This document shows positions 1 to 13,800 of a stretch of 64,000 bases of DNA, in pieces. The notes under the pieces were generated by a model, which was given only the letters and a program-made list of their open reading frames with translations, did not search any database and was not told where the DNA came from. The DNA is taken from positions 19,034,001 through 19,098,000 of the forward strand of contig NC_092671.1 in NCBI RefSeq assembly GCF_964355755.1, read 5' to 3'. The first letter of the stretch is position 1; every line of letters starts with the position of its first letter. The translations under genes and the position numbers were made by a program. This DNA is from Antedon mediterranea. Lineage: Eukaryota; Animalia; Echinodermata.

Positions 1-1103
1 CCTTAAAACATTGCGTAAGGAATGGGATGAGTATTTCTTTTATTAATTAAAAAAAGATTAATTTGAACTGAACTTGAACTTAATTTGAGTTCCAACTTAG
101 CTTACATGTAGCCCCTGTAAACCATACGGTACTAAACGTGAGAATGATTTCAGTAACGGAAGAGAAGAATAATGAAATACGGTGTGAACTTCAAAGGATA
201 AAAGGCTACGCAGAAAATACAGGAGGCATCGTTGAACCTCTTCAATACCCAATGGTTCATGAGAAAATTTACATTATGTCAGTATTATTACTGGTAAGAG
301 GTCCGAACAAAAATACTTGATGGCCTATGCGTTCTGGATAAAAATGAAAAATCAAATTAAATTGGCCAAGATATGTTTTGAAGTGACTCTAGTCAATAGT
401 TAGAAGCATTATATAAACAGGTATTTTGAGATAGTAGAAAGTATAGAAATAACCCCACCGTATAACTTTATTTATTAATAGACTAGAGGGTACACTCGAT
501 GCCTTAATGTTAATTATAATCATAGAATTTGAATTTATAATTGGGCGAACGAACTTTTAACTACGTCTAATATCAAATGATACGCTATAGGCCCATTGAA
601 CTTAATATGAACCTATGATCAAGACAGTCTGATTAAATATGTCGTGCCGTGCATGCCACGCACCCTAATATGGACGAACGGTACGTATCTCTTCATGTGA
701 CATTTCCTGTCAAACTTCCAAGTCAACATATGATTATTTTGCTCCTAGCTAACAATTTGCACAATAACATCTTTAAAAAAAACGATTTATTGTACGATAC
801 ATGTCGATAAATCTAATTAACGTTGTTGACCAATCTCTTTAAGACCTTGTAGAGGTAAATACTTAGAACACTAAGTTATTATAATGTGCACACGTTATCT
901 ATTATTTCACCTTAAGCCCACACAAATTCGTAAGATTCCACATTAGTGATAAATATATGAATAATGTTATTCTATGAGGTCACTGACTCTTTTTTTTTTT
1001 AAATCTTCTTGTTAAAAGAAAATGTTAATTATTAAACAAATAAAAATTTCAATTCATCAATTTGTTTTAACATAATTAAATTATATGTGATTACTGTTTA
1101 TTC

Positions 1104-2200
1104 CTAAAGAAATCGAGTTTCAATTTTGCACATGGCAATTACGGTTATATGAAACAACACTTTTATATATCTAATTATTATAAGAATCCAAAGGCAAATT
1201 ACTGAAAAAATGACAATGCTGTGGGTATCAGTGACTCTCAATGGAGATACAAAATAAAAGCGAAACGCTAAATCAAAACGAGAAGTAAAACAGCCAGAAA
1301 AGTTAGCAGAGCTTTCGGGCAACACTAGCCCTTCATCAGTGCAAGTGAGGGAATTTGGATAACGTCATAGTATAAAGCTGGCAGGAGACAGGGTGGAGTC
1401 TGAATAAGAGTAAAAAACAAAGAAGGTAGCTTGGTAAATTTTGGAATGAGACTAAAAAAACAGCTTAAATGGTGGTTAATATTGAAACTTAAATGTTGGT
1501 AGTCATGGAATAATTTTACCGATCTGGGAGTATGTTCCTAATGTTAAGTTCAAAAGGTTTTGTGGTTTTAAGTTGTAATTCCAGTGGTTTTCCTTGTCTG
1601 TGCGAGTTTTGTCGCTCCATTTGACATCGTGGTCTATTGCAATAACTCTGAAATTTGCAATCGAGTGACCAGCAGAATTAAAATGTTTGGCTACAGGTTG
1701 ATCAAGCGTTAATGTTTTGATAGCTGATCTGTGTTGTGTCATTCTCATACGGAGAGTGTTTTTTGTTTCTCCGACGTACTGTTTGCCACAAATATTACAG
1801 TATATGAGATAAATGACGTTTTTGGTTAGACAATTAATTGATTGTCTTATCCGAAAAATGTGGTTCCGAAAAAGTTTGGTTACTCTTAAATTTTTCAGTA
1901 GAATCAACCAATGAACAAGTTTTGCAAGATTTGCCGCAAAGGTGACTGCCCAAATTTTGGCTGTCATGATAGTTAATTTCAGTCTTGAATTTGGATCTTA
2001 ATAATATATCACGAAGGTTGGGAGGTCTACGAAATGCAATAATGGGTGGTTCCGGAAAAACAGTCCTGAGACGTTCTGTGGACTGTAGAATGGACATATG
2101 TTTCTCAATAATAGCCCGGGAGGCAACCTAGGGTGATAGGTTGTGACGAATTTTTTGGCTGACGTGGTTTGTACGTTTGACATCGAGGAATATCTTTTGC
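1104..2200 (-). mobile_element. Penelope-like retroelement, 3' fragment (RT C-terminal linker, GIY-YIG endonuclease, pLTR), frameshifted
   Basis: Three overlapping minus-strand ORFs join into FVTTYHP..., FPEPPIIAFRRPPNLRDILLRSK, CGKSCKTC and NVIYLIYCNICGKQYVGETKNTLRMRMTQHRSAI...PVAKHFN. This is the typical PLE linker plus GIY-YIG domain. A hammerhead motif lies downstream in the pLTR position. Boundaries are approximate. Confidence 0.9.
1304..1344 (-). ncRNA. Minimal type I hammerhead ribozyme of the Penelope-like element
   Basis: The minus strand reads tGCA-CTGATGA-a-GGGC-tagtgtt-GCCC-GAAA-GC-TC-TGC. It has the CUGAUGA and GAAA core, stem II GGGC/GCCC, stem I GCA/TGC, a palindromic AGCT stem III and a CUC cleavage triplet. 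Confidence 0.8.
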
Positions 2201-2336
2201 TTTTTTTAAAGCAGTTTTTATAAGAACAATACTATTATACGGAGAGCTCAACGAATTATCAATAGATGTTATTTTCGCCGATGTGAAGTACGGCTAAAAG
2301 ATTATAAAAAGAAGGAAAAATAAGCAAAATGATTAG

Positions 2337-2505
2337 AAACAAGGCCATATAGATGGCTGCAGTCGCGTGCTCATTAGTGTTTACCGACCGACCGACCAAC
2401 CTACCAACTGACAGAAAGCGATAAAACGCATAGTGATACCGGACCGACAGACAGACCGACCGACCGACATAGTGAACTATAGAGTCGCGTCCACGCGACT
2501 AAAAA
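2337..2505 (+). mobile_element. Helentron/DINE-1-like short interspersed element
   Basis: Starts aaacaaggcc, has an internal (GACC/GACA)n microsatellite, and ends in the hairpin AGTCGCGT-cc-ACGCGACT followed by an A run. Confidence 0.55.
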
Positions 2506-2518
2506 GAATGTTTAGCTT

Positions 2519-2900
2519 TTACCTTGTTTCACATTGATAATTTCCAATACATTACTAATTTTAATCAAACAAATTAAACTTGTTTCATGTTAACAATTTT
2601 CAATACATTACTAGCTTTAGTCAAACAATGTAATCTTCTTTCATGTTAACAACTTTCAATACATTACTTGAGTCGAGTTTAGACAAAATTAACCTTGTTC
2701 ATGTTAACAACTTTTAATACATTACTAGTTTTAGGAAACGAAATTAACCTTGTTTAATTTTAAAAGTTTCCAATATATTACTAGTTTAGTCTAAAACAAT
2801 AATCTTGTTTCGTTTAATTACTAATAGTTTAGTCAAACAAAATGATCTTGTTTCGTTTTAAAAACTTCGAAGGCATTACTAGGTTTAGTCAAACAAATTA
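2519..2900. repeat. Degenerate tandem repeat, ~59-bp unit
   Basis: About 6-7 diverged copies of aaccttgtttcatgttaacaa...caatacattactagtttagtcaaacaaa. Confidence 0.7.
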
Positions 2901-3909
2901 AATATATATTATATACATATTTTGAATGAAAATTTTGTAGTTTTAATAACTTTAATCATTTCAGTTGGAAAAAAGCGATACACAATTTCACTTTAAAAAG
3001 AAAAAAATAAACGGTAACACCAAAACCATTTGACTGGCAGCCAATTTGACTATGTAGGCTATAGGCCTATATATATTTTTTAATTACAGCTTTTCAGGTA
3101 AATCATTTTTGTTTCAATCCAATTTTTGAACTATTACGTGACATTAAATGGCATACAGTATTTTTTTTTTTATGTCAGGGGGACAATATAAGTTTAACGC
3201 AAGATTCATTTATTATTTTGGTCTATTATCCGAAAATCCGGAATAATGGTAATTGCAACGAAGTTGTTTCTAATAACAACTTTCCTGTGACGATATTGAT
3301 GAGTAATAATTGATTTTCCGATTTCACTACCGTGTCAGAAATTTCTGAAATTTTTTGTAGTGATGTGTTTGTCGTTAGATGACGATCAAAGTGACAGCTG
3401 ATGACATTTAGTGACGAACTTAAAAATTAGAATACCACTAGGGACAGAAAGTAAACACATTGAAACTAGATAATACCTGTTAGGAGGTTATAGACAATTT
3501 ACACCACGAATAATCCAATCAATGTCCAATTGCTACAAATTAATTTGGAATCTGAAATTCGTAGATCGTGTTTGGGTGAAGTAAGTGGATCAACGTTGCG
3601 AACATTTCTGTTGGCCTATGAAGCATCTGGACCAACGCCAGTGAATTTTAAACGCAGAGACACGACTATCTTTGCAGTTTGTAATTGGAATTCGATGTAC
3701 TGTAGGACACGATTGATTGATTGATGATGGATATGGCGTGTGTGTAATTAATGAATTAATCAATTGCATTTTGTGTTTTTGTTTTCCAGGAATCTAGACA
3801 CCATCGTCAAAATAACCAGGAACAATCGGAATCTGGGAGAAGGCTAAAATCATTTGATCATCTAGTGCCGCCTCAGTCACCACGGAATCCTTTACGCCAC
3901 GCATCCTCA

Positions 3910-6072
3910 ATGGATCATACACCACCAACGTCGTCTGCATCATCTCTACATTATGCAGACGACACGTTCACGCTAGCACAGTCACGTGCAGAGCGCCGTA
4001 GAGAAAGAAATGAACGTCGGAATACGATTGGTATATCTGCAGCTAATTTACCATCTGCATCACCACCATTAAGTTCAAACACGACTGGAAGTAGTTATTC
4101 CTTGTCAGTTGGAAATTCTGGTCAAATGACAACACATCATGAACGATATTCATCCGCCCGCAGTGCATCACCAATTCCACCAAATCCTTCTTCATCAGCA
4201 TCAACCACCTCCTCCTTGACGCTGTCGACTCAACAAACAAAACATGGAGTAGTTCCAAACACACCCTTCATCCCCACAGAAACTGCTTTAGTTAAACAAA
4301 CATCAACAGACGAGGGATTGGATGGTATACCAGAAGTATACAACTTCAAAGATAGGAGTAGGGTTCATGAGCTTGTATCAGGAATTACATCCCTCTACGA
4401 GCAAAGGTTACTAACCGACGTCATCATTTGTATTGAAGGTACTGACTTCCCATGCCATCGATGCGTCATGGCATCCAGCAGTCCATACTTTCTTGCCATG
4501 TTTACAAATGATCTACTTGAAAGCAGACAAGAAAGGATCTCAATAGGAGGTGTGGAATCAGAAGCAATGCGACTAATTATCAAGTACTGCTATACCTCTA
4601 AAATAGATATCACAGCCGACAACGTCCAGGCATTACTGGTTGCCGCCAATATGTTTCAAATGTACAACTTACGAGATGCATGCGCATGCTACATGGAGAA
4701 ACACGTTGATTTATCAAACTGCATTGGCATATATTTCTACGCAAGTTCACTTGATTGCAAGAAGTTGCAGGAACTTGCAAAAGCACTAATCTGTGAAAAT
4801 TTTGGTGACGTATGCCGAGAGGAGGAGTATCTTTCTTTGTCAAAGGACAAGGTCATAGACCTCATTATGAGAGATGAACTGAACATTGATCGAGAAGAGA
4901 TAGTCTATGAGTCAGCTATTGCTTGGGTAAAACATGACTTGGAAAATCGACGAGCTGATCTTTATGATATTTTGAGCAATGTCAGGTTTGCATTAATCAG
5001 TCCATACTACATTCATGATGTCATAGAAAGAGAACGAATCGTGTACTGCAATAAGGCATGTATGCAGTTGATTGAATCCTCACTACAGTATCATATGCTT
5101 CGTGACAGAAGACAAGACCTTGATCTCACAAAGCTTAACACCAACACAAGAAAGGGCATGCCAGTAAAAGAAATGGTAGTGTTTTTGACACATCACAGTG
5201 AAGATATTCCTGATTTCATCGAGGCGGACACATATCGCATCAAAGCTTTGCCTGACATCGTGGAATACGCAGAATGCGTAGTCACAGGAGAAAATAATAT
5301 ATATGTCGCCGGTCGTCAGATGTCTGAATTTGGTTCTCGTCGCGTATATTCACACAGACGTGGGGGTCTCTTCCAGTATGATCACTTCGATCGTAAATGG
5401 CTCCCGCGAACAGCAATGACCCAGCCAAGATCTCATTTTCGATTAGCCGTCTTAGACGGCATGATTTACAGTGTTGGTGGTACTACTGCAGAAGGCCAAG
5501 GAGATATTTGTGAGTTTTATCAACCACATTATAACCAATGGAGAATTGCTGCTCCTTTGATTGTGCCAGTAAAAAATCACAGCGTGGCCGTGGTTGGTGG
5601 TGCCTTGTACTGCATCGGCGGTGAAAGTGGTGATACTATCACTGATGCAGTGCAACGGTATAATCCAAGATACAACAACTGGAATCAAGTCTCCAGCATG
5701 ATCCTACCAAGGACCGGGGCATCAGCGGCAGTATTTGCACGTGAGATTTACGTTGTTGGAGGCAGTGTTGCAGCTGGAGACAAAACAGCAGAGAACATGC
5801 TAAAATCGGTTGAAATCTACAATCCAGAACGGAACGACTGGAGATTTGGTCCTGAACTACCAGAGGGAAGGTTTAACTACAGTATTTTGACCTACAATGG
5901 GAGCCTCTTCGTATTTGGCGGAGAAACCGATGATGAATCTGTTGACGGTAAAGTTTGGCGACTGGATACCGGTCGATTCGGTTGGAGACAAGATAAAGCA
6001 GGATGGCCAACCATACAACTTCCCTATTACTGTGTTGCAGCAACTATGTCGAAAGAACAACCTGAATTTTAG
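3910..6072 (+). CDS. BTB-BACK-Kelch protein (KBTBD8/KBTBD2-like CUL3 substrate adaptor), 720 aa, single coding exon
   Basis: BTB domain (LTDVIICIEGTDFPCHRCVMASSSPYFLAMF), BACK domain (EEIVYESAIAWVKHD) and Kelch repeats (IYSVGG, LYCIGG, IYVVGG, LFVFGG), preceded by a Ser/Thr/Pro-rich N-terminus. The first ATG is at 3910, with an in-frame TAG at 3862. A probable 5'UTR intron runs 3581-3789 (GTAAGT...TTTTCCAG). Confidence 0.95.
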   Translation: MDHTPPTSSASSLHYADDTFTLAQSRAERRRERNERRNTIGISAANLPSASPPLSSNTTGSSYSLSVGNSGQMTTHHERYSSARSASPIPPNPSSSASTTSSLTLSTQQTKHGVVPNTPFIPTETALVKQTSTDEGLDGIPEVYNFKDRSRVHELVSGITSLYEQRLLTDVIICIEGTDFPCHRCVMASSSPYFLAMFTNDLLESRQERISIGGVESEAMRLIIKYCYTSKIDITADNVQALLVAANMFQMYNLRDACACYMEKHVDLSNCIGIYFYASSLDCKKLQELAKALICENFGDVCREEEYLSLSKDKVIDLIMRDELNIDREEIVYESAIAWVKHDLENRRADLYDILSNVRFALISPYYIHDVIERERIVYCNKACMQLIESSLQYHMLRDRRQDLDLTKLNTNTRKGMPVKEMVVFLTHHSEDIPDFIEADTYRIKALPDIVEYAECVVTGENNIYVAGRQMSEFGSRRVYSHRRGGLFQYDHFDRKWLPRTAMTQPRSHFRLAVLDGMIYSVGGTTAEGQGDICEFYQPHYNQWRIAAPLIVPVKNHSVAVVGGALYCIGGESGDTITDAVQRYNPRYNNWNQVSSMILPRTGASAAVFAREIYVVGGSVAAGDKTAENMLKSVEIYNPERNDWRFGPELPEGRFNYSILTYNGSLFVFGGETDDESVDGKVWRLDTGRFGWRQDKAGWPTIQLPYYCVAATMSKEQPEF

Positions 6073-9000
6073 CATAATTTTATTTCAGCTGTCATAGATG
6101 CCAATATTAGACAAGAAAATACTAATTGCTCTTTATATCAGTTGCCTAGTTCATAATTTTAATTTGTTGAATATAATTATTGTTGGATATCGGCTATTGA
6201 ACGCTTTTATTATGTAGTTATGGACTGTATACGACTCGTTTAAAATTATGTATCTTGGAAGTTTGATATCATTTGCAGGAATGTATTTTATTTGATGGTA
6301 ACTGAAGCGTGCAATATTATGCATTGTGCTTAGACTGACCAAACTATAAGTAACAGTCATTAGTTAATTGAGTTAACTTAGAATCGTAGGATTTCACAGT
6401 GGAAATTATGTAGATCATGAAATGCCTTTTCCTTCAAAAAATGGGTAACGTTGTATATAAAGCAATAGTGTACCGCTTTATCGGGACGGTTGACGAAGAA
6501 CGAACGTTAATCGCCAATAATTAATTAAACGATGGATTCTGGGTTTATACGCATGCGCAAGTTAAGTGTGTATAAAATTACCTCCCCATTTGTCTATCGT
6601 CGAAGCGAACTCGCTATTTTCGCCAACGGGGTAAACATTGATATAATGTGAATCAGATACTACCCAGGACACTGTATGATTGTTAATAGACTTAAACGGG
6701 AATATTAGAATTTAATAAACTGTGCACATTAACATCGTATAGGCCTATATACTTTTTACATAGAAAGCTTCAATATGTTAATAGGTATTCTAAAATGTAA
6801 TATAAGAAACAGCGCAACCCGACTTTTATTATAAATATATTTTCATAATGTTTGATAAATCCTATTAGAGTGTAAACTGCACCTAAATAACAATATGTTT
6901 GTTTCAATTCTTTGCACGGATTTAAACTTTCTTTTGTTTGTGAACCGAAGCTGTTTTTGGTATATTGACAAATTTTTCAGAAAGTTGTAACAAATAACAC
7001 ATTTAAAATAGCATTTTAATACATCATGTTTATAATACGTTTTATTAGTCCATATCTTGACAACCACCATTCTGTGAGAACTGAGGACATCTTTGGTGAA
7101 AATTGGAAAACAAGTGGAATTCTTTGCCTTTGATCTCTGAATAGAGTAATTTAAATCAGATGTCATGATGCGTTTTTAAAGAAAAGAATCTCTATTTAAT
7201 TATGAGAAGAAAATTAATGGTTTGGAAACAATTGATTTGCAACGGATGAGTTTGTCGTTTCAGTTCAAACAGTTTTGGTGGTATCAATCAGTTATTGTAC
7301 CGAGAAACGACATCTATAAGATGTTAGTTTTGTCAAATTTCTCATCGACTCGTGGTGATTATAACAATACAAAATGTACACATACAATTATTTGAGTCAC
7401 TTAGATTAGTACATTTTTGTTAAGATAGATTTAACTGATTAAGTACTGTTATGTCAATGCTTAGTTACATTAAAGACAATTAATGTAACAAAAGCCTTTT
7501 TGGATAATGATCCAAAAAGGAGAGTATCAGAAATGACTTTGGATCTACGAAAATGTAAAACTAATGGTTAATAAACAGTAAATTGTGTACTGTCGTACAA
7601 AAATAATGTGAAGATGTTTTGTAAAGAGTGAGAAACAAAACTCTCTCAAATATCTTTTAAAATCTCACAAACAGTAATGATTGTTAAATGAATGTTTATG
7701 AGCTGATTGCAGAAAACATTTACTTTCTTTTCAATGATGTTGAAAGGACACTCGGGCTTTCATCGATTGACAATATTATTCCCATTCGGATATATAACAC
7801 TCCTTTTTTATACCTAATGTTAGTTGAGTTACTGAATAAAATCAACCACTTCCATACTGAATCGAATGTCGAAGTAGAAGCCAAGTAAACATTTGACCCT
7901 CAGAGCATGCAATCGTTAAATATGATAAAATAATGCACGCGTGTGATACGAAATTAATGACAAGGATTAATATATGAGGGTTGGTTTTTATATAAAAGGG
8001 ATTAAAGCGTATACCATTCCCTGAAATTAATCAAAGGTCTAATAGAAACATCATATATTTACAATCTTATAGACCAGGTAACAATCTGCTCGATTAATAC
8101 AAAAAGCTAATTTTTACTAATCAAGGATAAAAATAACAGACAGTAGGTAAATTATTAATTTCGGTTCACTTTGCTCGTCTCGGTCTGGCATTGGCATTAT
8201 GAACCATTTTTTGCGTGAGTTGACCAATGACAAGCTACAGTTCAGATAATCCATTGCTTGTGATTGGTCAAAATATTTGCATTGCGCTTACGTCCTTGTG
8301 TTGTGTCCTAGTGGGAATGAAACAAAACTACGTATCAACATATTAATCATCCATTTATACAAATACAAAATAAATAAAATCACAAGTGTTCCTTATGTAC
8401 CTTTTATTTTAAATGTAACAATATTACATCTTTTTTATTCCAGACAAACTGATCACAAATAAATCAGCATTGTGCATGTTGGAAAGAAAACAATAAGCAA
8501 AATGAGGTTATATATAATCATAAGTATTAACCCACCATAATCTAAGGACCTTATTTAATACAAAAAAACTATTTACATATTTAAAATCCCTATGAATATT
8601 GCAAAGTACGCAGGGCTTATTCTTCTAATAGGGGTAGCAGACATGGTATTTATTTGGGTTGTTTCATTATTTTCGAACATTCTTCTACAATACAGGAAAT
8701 ATGTATTGTGTGGAATTTGTCAACAAGAGTTTTTCAATATCGATAATAATTACGGTAATATTAAAAAAAATACGCCTTATAAAAATGTGTATATTACAGT
8801 ATAAATAATAATCTAAGTCTAAAAAATTCTTAGCATAATATGGAAGAAAAATTGATATTACAGGTATACAATGTTGGGAATGAAACGTTTTATACATTAA
8901 CAAATATAAATAATATAAACATTAGAAACATCAATCTACCACCCCTAATACTAATTTATTTGAATGTCTATCTATATACATTTTCTTATACTGTAGATAC

Positions 9001-9559
9001 ATATAATAATTACACAATAGAAACAAATATTACTTTCTGTGCAAATGGTGTAAGAATACTAAACTAAATATTACTAACTATACTCTCACATATAAATACT
9101 ATTTATTTATAACTATGGTAGCCATAAGAAGAAGGAGGATTCTTGAGAAAGCGATTGACACTATACATTTCATCCCTTATTGAACTAGTCAATCTTCTGG
9201 TAGATATATGAATAGAAGCACTATCTGTTACATAAGTAAATTAATAATATATTGCCATCTATTTTTTATACAGATTTGCAGAACTGCCTTTCCCAGGCTC
9301 ATGATTTGCCTGTCAGTTAGATAAAATAGTACTGGGTAGACCTTAATGTGTATGATAAACTATCCGTGGTTAGACCTAAATAGAGATGCATACAAAATAT
9401 TCACCTAACACTAATATGGCAGTGAAATATTTAGTACTATTTTAAGTTCGTGCAAATTGTATGGTAAATATCCATACTCATTAGTTAAATTGAATGAGTG
9501 ATTTTGTAAAATAATAAAATGGAATACAATTTTTTTAAACGTGAATGTAATGTGTGTAA

Positions 9560-9862
9560 GAGATGGCTGCAAGAAATAGGTGCAAGGGATGGATGTATGG
9601 AATAGGTGCAGAAAGTTGAATAGTAAAAGATGGGCACATCTAATGGGTGCATGGAATGGGTGCAAGGGATGGATGGGTGCATGGAATGGGTGCATGGAAT
9701 GGGTGCAAGGGATGTGTAGATGGAATGAATGTATAGAATAGATGCACATAGTTAAATAGTAAAGAGGGTTGGACAAAATGGGTGCAATGGATGGCTGTAT
9801 GTAAGTAATGGAGGCAAGGGATGGCTGCATGTAATGGTGCAAGAAGATTGGGTTCATGGGTG
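9560..9862. repeat. Degenerate G-rich microsatellite (ggatgggtgca-like)
   Basis: Repeated atgggtgca/atggaatgg/gggatgg units. These explain the His/Pro-rich ORFs at 9411-9857. Confidence 0.7.
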
Positions 9863-10829
9863 ATCCAATATTTCTACGTTTATAAACTGAAATTGTGAAA
9901 GTTTAATATTACAAATAACAGTGACAGTGTAGTAATGAGATACCGTTTATAGGTACTATTTACTAATTGTTCATATAATATTATTATATATTAACAAAAT
10001 AAAGGTTGAATTGTTTAACTGCTAAAAGATTTCAAATGTAGCCTCTGGCATTTTATACCGATATTTCTGTTGCTAAATTGTAAAATAAGTAATTTTAAAT
10101 CATTTTAATCTACAATTGGCAATTTTCTGATAGTGATAGTCTCAACAGAAAATCAATCAATCAATCATTGAGAACAGAAAAGATTCTATCCCAGCCTTCT
10201 TGACCTGTTTAATTTAGATAAAAGGTCATAGAGATGCTTGCAATGAGTGGATTTGTGCATAATAGTAGATTCGTATTCATAATATACTATATTCAAATTT
10301 TCATCATCTGATTGGTTAATAGCCAGATAGTTCTAGCCATGCCTTTTGAAGCCAAATTACGTAAATCTAGATTTGTTTATATACCACATAGCATGTTAAT
10401 TGTTTCTTCGTATTGTACCTGACCATAAACTTCAACCAGCTTAAATCAAGTAATGCAATATTTTAATTGGTGAATAGCTATGTAGAATATCGGGACTGGT
10501 TAAATATCAGATTTGATGTCTGGTGAAATACCTGTTTTAAGCGGCCAGATATATGAAACACAAAGGAACAATTAACACATTATGCTTTATGAATATTAGT
10601 ATGTGGTATGCCGTATAAACAAATTCAAACTGTGCTTTACAGACACATTCTTCAATTTCTAGTTTCCTTGTATATTAGAGACTACTCTATTGATATACTG
10701 TATATGGTAATCTGTATATCCCTTTGGCTATCATTTGAACAGTGTCCCTGTCAATAGTTGTTTTAAAACTATCCAATGACTAGAATCTTGTTACACTGCA
10801 GCTGTGGGATATACCTTAATCTTAGAACT

Positions 10830-13800
10830 GTTGATTTTGATAATGATATAATAACACATTGAAAATTGATATGACAATCATCTATTTCAGATTACATAAC
10901 CAAAGTGTACTAAATGTAAAGAATGCAACAGTTGATTTTGATAATGATATAATAACACATTGAAAATTGATATGACAATCATCTATTTCAGATTACATAA
11001 CCAAAGTGTACTAAATGTAAAGAATGCAACAGTTGATTTTGATAATGATATAATAACACATTGAAAATTGATATGACAATCATCTATTTCAGATTACATA
11101 ACCAAAGTGTACTAAATGTAAAGAATGCAACAGTTGATTTTGATAATGATATAATAACACATTGAAAATTGATATGACAATCATCTATTTCAGATTACAT
11201 AACCAAAGTGTACTAAATGTAAAGAATGCAACAGTTGATTTTGATAATGATATAATAACACATTGAAAATTGATATGACAATCATCTATTTCAGATTACA
11301 TAACCAAAGTGTACTAAATGTAAAGAATGCAACAGTTGATTTTGATAATGATATAATAACACATTGAAAATTGATATGACAATCATCTATTTCAGATTAC
11401 ATAACCAAAGTGTACTAAATGTAAAGAATGCAACAGTTGATTTTGATAATGATATAATAACACATTGAAAATTGATATGACAATCATCTATTTCAGATTA
11501 CATAACCAAAGTGTACTAAATGTAAAGAATGCAACAGTTGATTTTGATAATGATATAATAACACATTGAAAATTGATATGACAATCATCTATTTCAGATT
11601 ACATAACCAAAGTGTACTAAATGTAAAGAATGCAACAGTTGATTTTGATAATGATATAATAACACATTGAAAATTGATATGACAATCATCTATTTCAGAT
11701 TACATAACCAAAGTGTACTAAATGTAAAGAATGCAACAGTTGATTTTGATAATGATATAATAACACATTGAAAATTGATATGACAATCATCTATTTCAGA
11801 TTACATAACCAAAGTGTACTAAATGTAAAGAATGCAACAGTTGATTTTGATAATGATATAATAACACATTGAAAATTGATATGACAATCATCTATTTCAG
11901 ATTACATAACCAAAGTGTACTAAATGTAAAGAATGCAACAGTTGATTTTGATAATGATATAATAACACATTGAAAATTGATATGACAATCATCTATTTCA
12001 GATTACATAACCAAAGTGTACTAAATGTAAAGAATGCAACAGTTGATTTTGATAATGATATAATAACACATTGAAAATTGATATGACAATCATCTATTTC
12101 AGATTACATAACCAAAGTGTACTAAATGTAAAGAATGCAACAGTTGATTTTGATAATGATATAATAACACATTGAAAATTGATATGACAATCATCTATTT
12201 CAGATTACATAACCAAAGTGTACTAAATGTAAAGAATGCAACAGTTGATTTTGATAATGATATAATAACACATTGAAAATTGATATGACAATCATCTATT
12301 TCAGATTACATAACCAAAGTGTACTAAATGTAAAGAATGCAACAGTTGATTTTGATAATGATATAATAACACATTGAAAATTGATATGACAATCATCTAT
12401 TTCAGATTACATAACCAAAGTGTACTAAATGTAAAGAATGCAACAGTTGATTTTGATAATGATATAATAACACATTGAAAATTGATATGACAATCATCTA
12501 TTTCAGATTACATAACCAAAGTGTACTAAATGTAAAGAATGCAACAGTTGATTTTGATAATGATATAATAACACATTGAAAATTGATATGACAATCATCT
12601 ATTTCAGATTACATAACCAAAGTGTACTAAATGTAAAGAATGCAACAGTTGATTTTGATAATGATATAATAACACATTGAAAATTGATATGACAATCATC
12701 TATTTCAGATTACATAACCAAAGTGTACTAAATGTAAAGAATGCAACAGTTGATTTTGATAATGATATAATAACACATTGAAAATTGATATGACAATCAT
12801 CTATTTCAGATTACATAACCAAAGTGTACTAAATGTAAAGAATGCAACAGTTGATTTTGATAATGATATAATAACACATTGAAAATTGATATGACAATCA
12901 TCTATTTCAGATTACATAACCAAAGTGTACTAAATGTAAAGAATGCAACAGTTGATTTTGATAATGATATAATAACACATTGAAAATTGATATGACAATC
13001 ATCTATTTCAGATTACATAACCAAAGTGTACTAAATGTAAAGAATGCAACAGTTGATTTTGATAATGATATAATAACACATTGAAAATTGATATGACAAT
13101 CATCTATTTCAGATTACATAACCAAAGTGTACTAAATGTAAAGAATGCAACAGTTGATTTTGATAATGATATAATAACACATTGAAAATTGATATGACAA
13201 TCATCTATTTCAGATTACATAACCAAAGTGTACTAAATGTAAAGAATGCAACAGTTGATTTTGATAATGATATAATAACACATTGAAAATTGATATGACA
13301 ATCATCTATTTCAGATTACATAACCAAAGTGTACTAAATGTAAAGAATGCAACAGTTGATTTTGATAATGATATAATAACACATTGAAAATTGATATGAC
13401 AATCATCTATTTCAGATTACATAACCAAAGTGTACTAAATGTAAAGAATGCAACAGTTGATTTTGATAATGATATAATAACACATTGAAAATTGATATGA
13501 CAATCATCTATTTCAGATTACATAACCAAAGTGTACTAAATGTAAAGAATGCAACAGTTGATTTTGATAATGATATAATAACACATTGAAAATTGATATG
13601 ACAATCATCTATTTCAGATTACATAACCAAAGTGTACTAAATGTAAAGAATGCAACAGTTGATTTTGATAATGATATAATAACACATTGAAAATTGATAT
13701 GACAATCATCTATTTCAGATTACATAACCAAAGTGTACTAAATGTAAAGAATGCAACAGTTGATTTTGATAATGATATAATAACACATTGAAAATTGATA

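Noticed and set aside
3865-3909. GTG start for the Kelch ORF given by the ORF track
   Set aside because: This is a eukaryotic gene, so the first in-frame ATG at 3910 is the plausible start.
9411-9857. His/Pro-rich 148-aa ORF
   Set aside because: It is the translation of a degenerate microsatellite.
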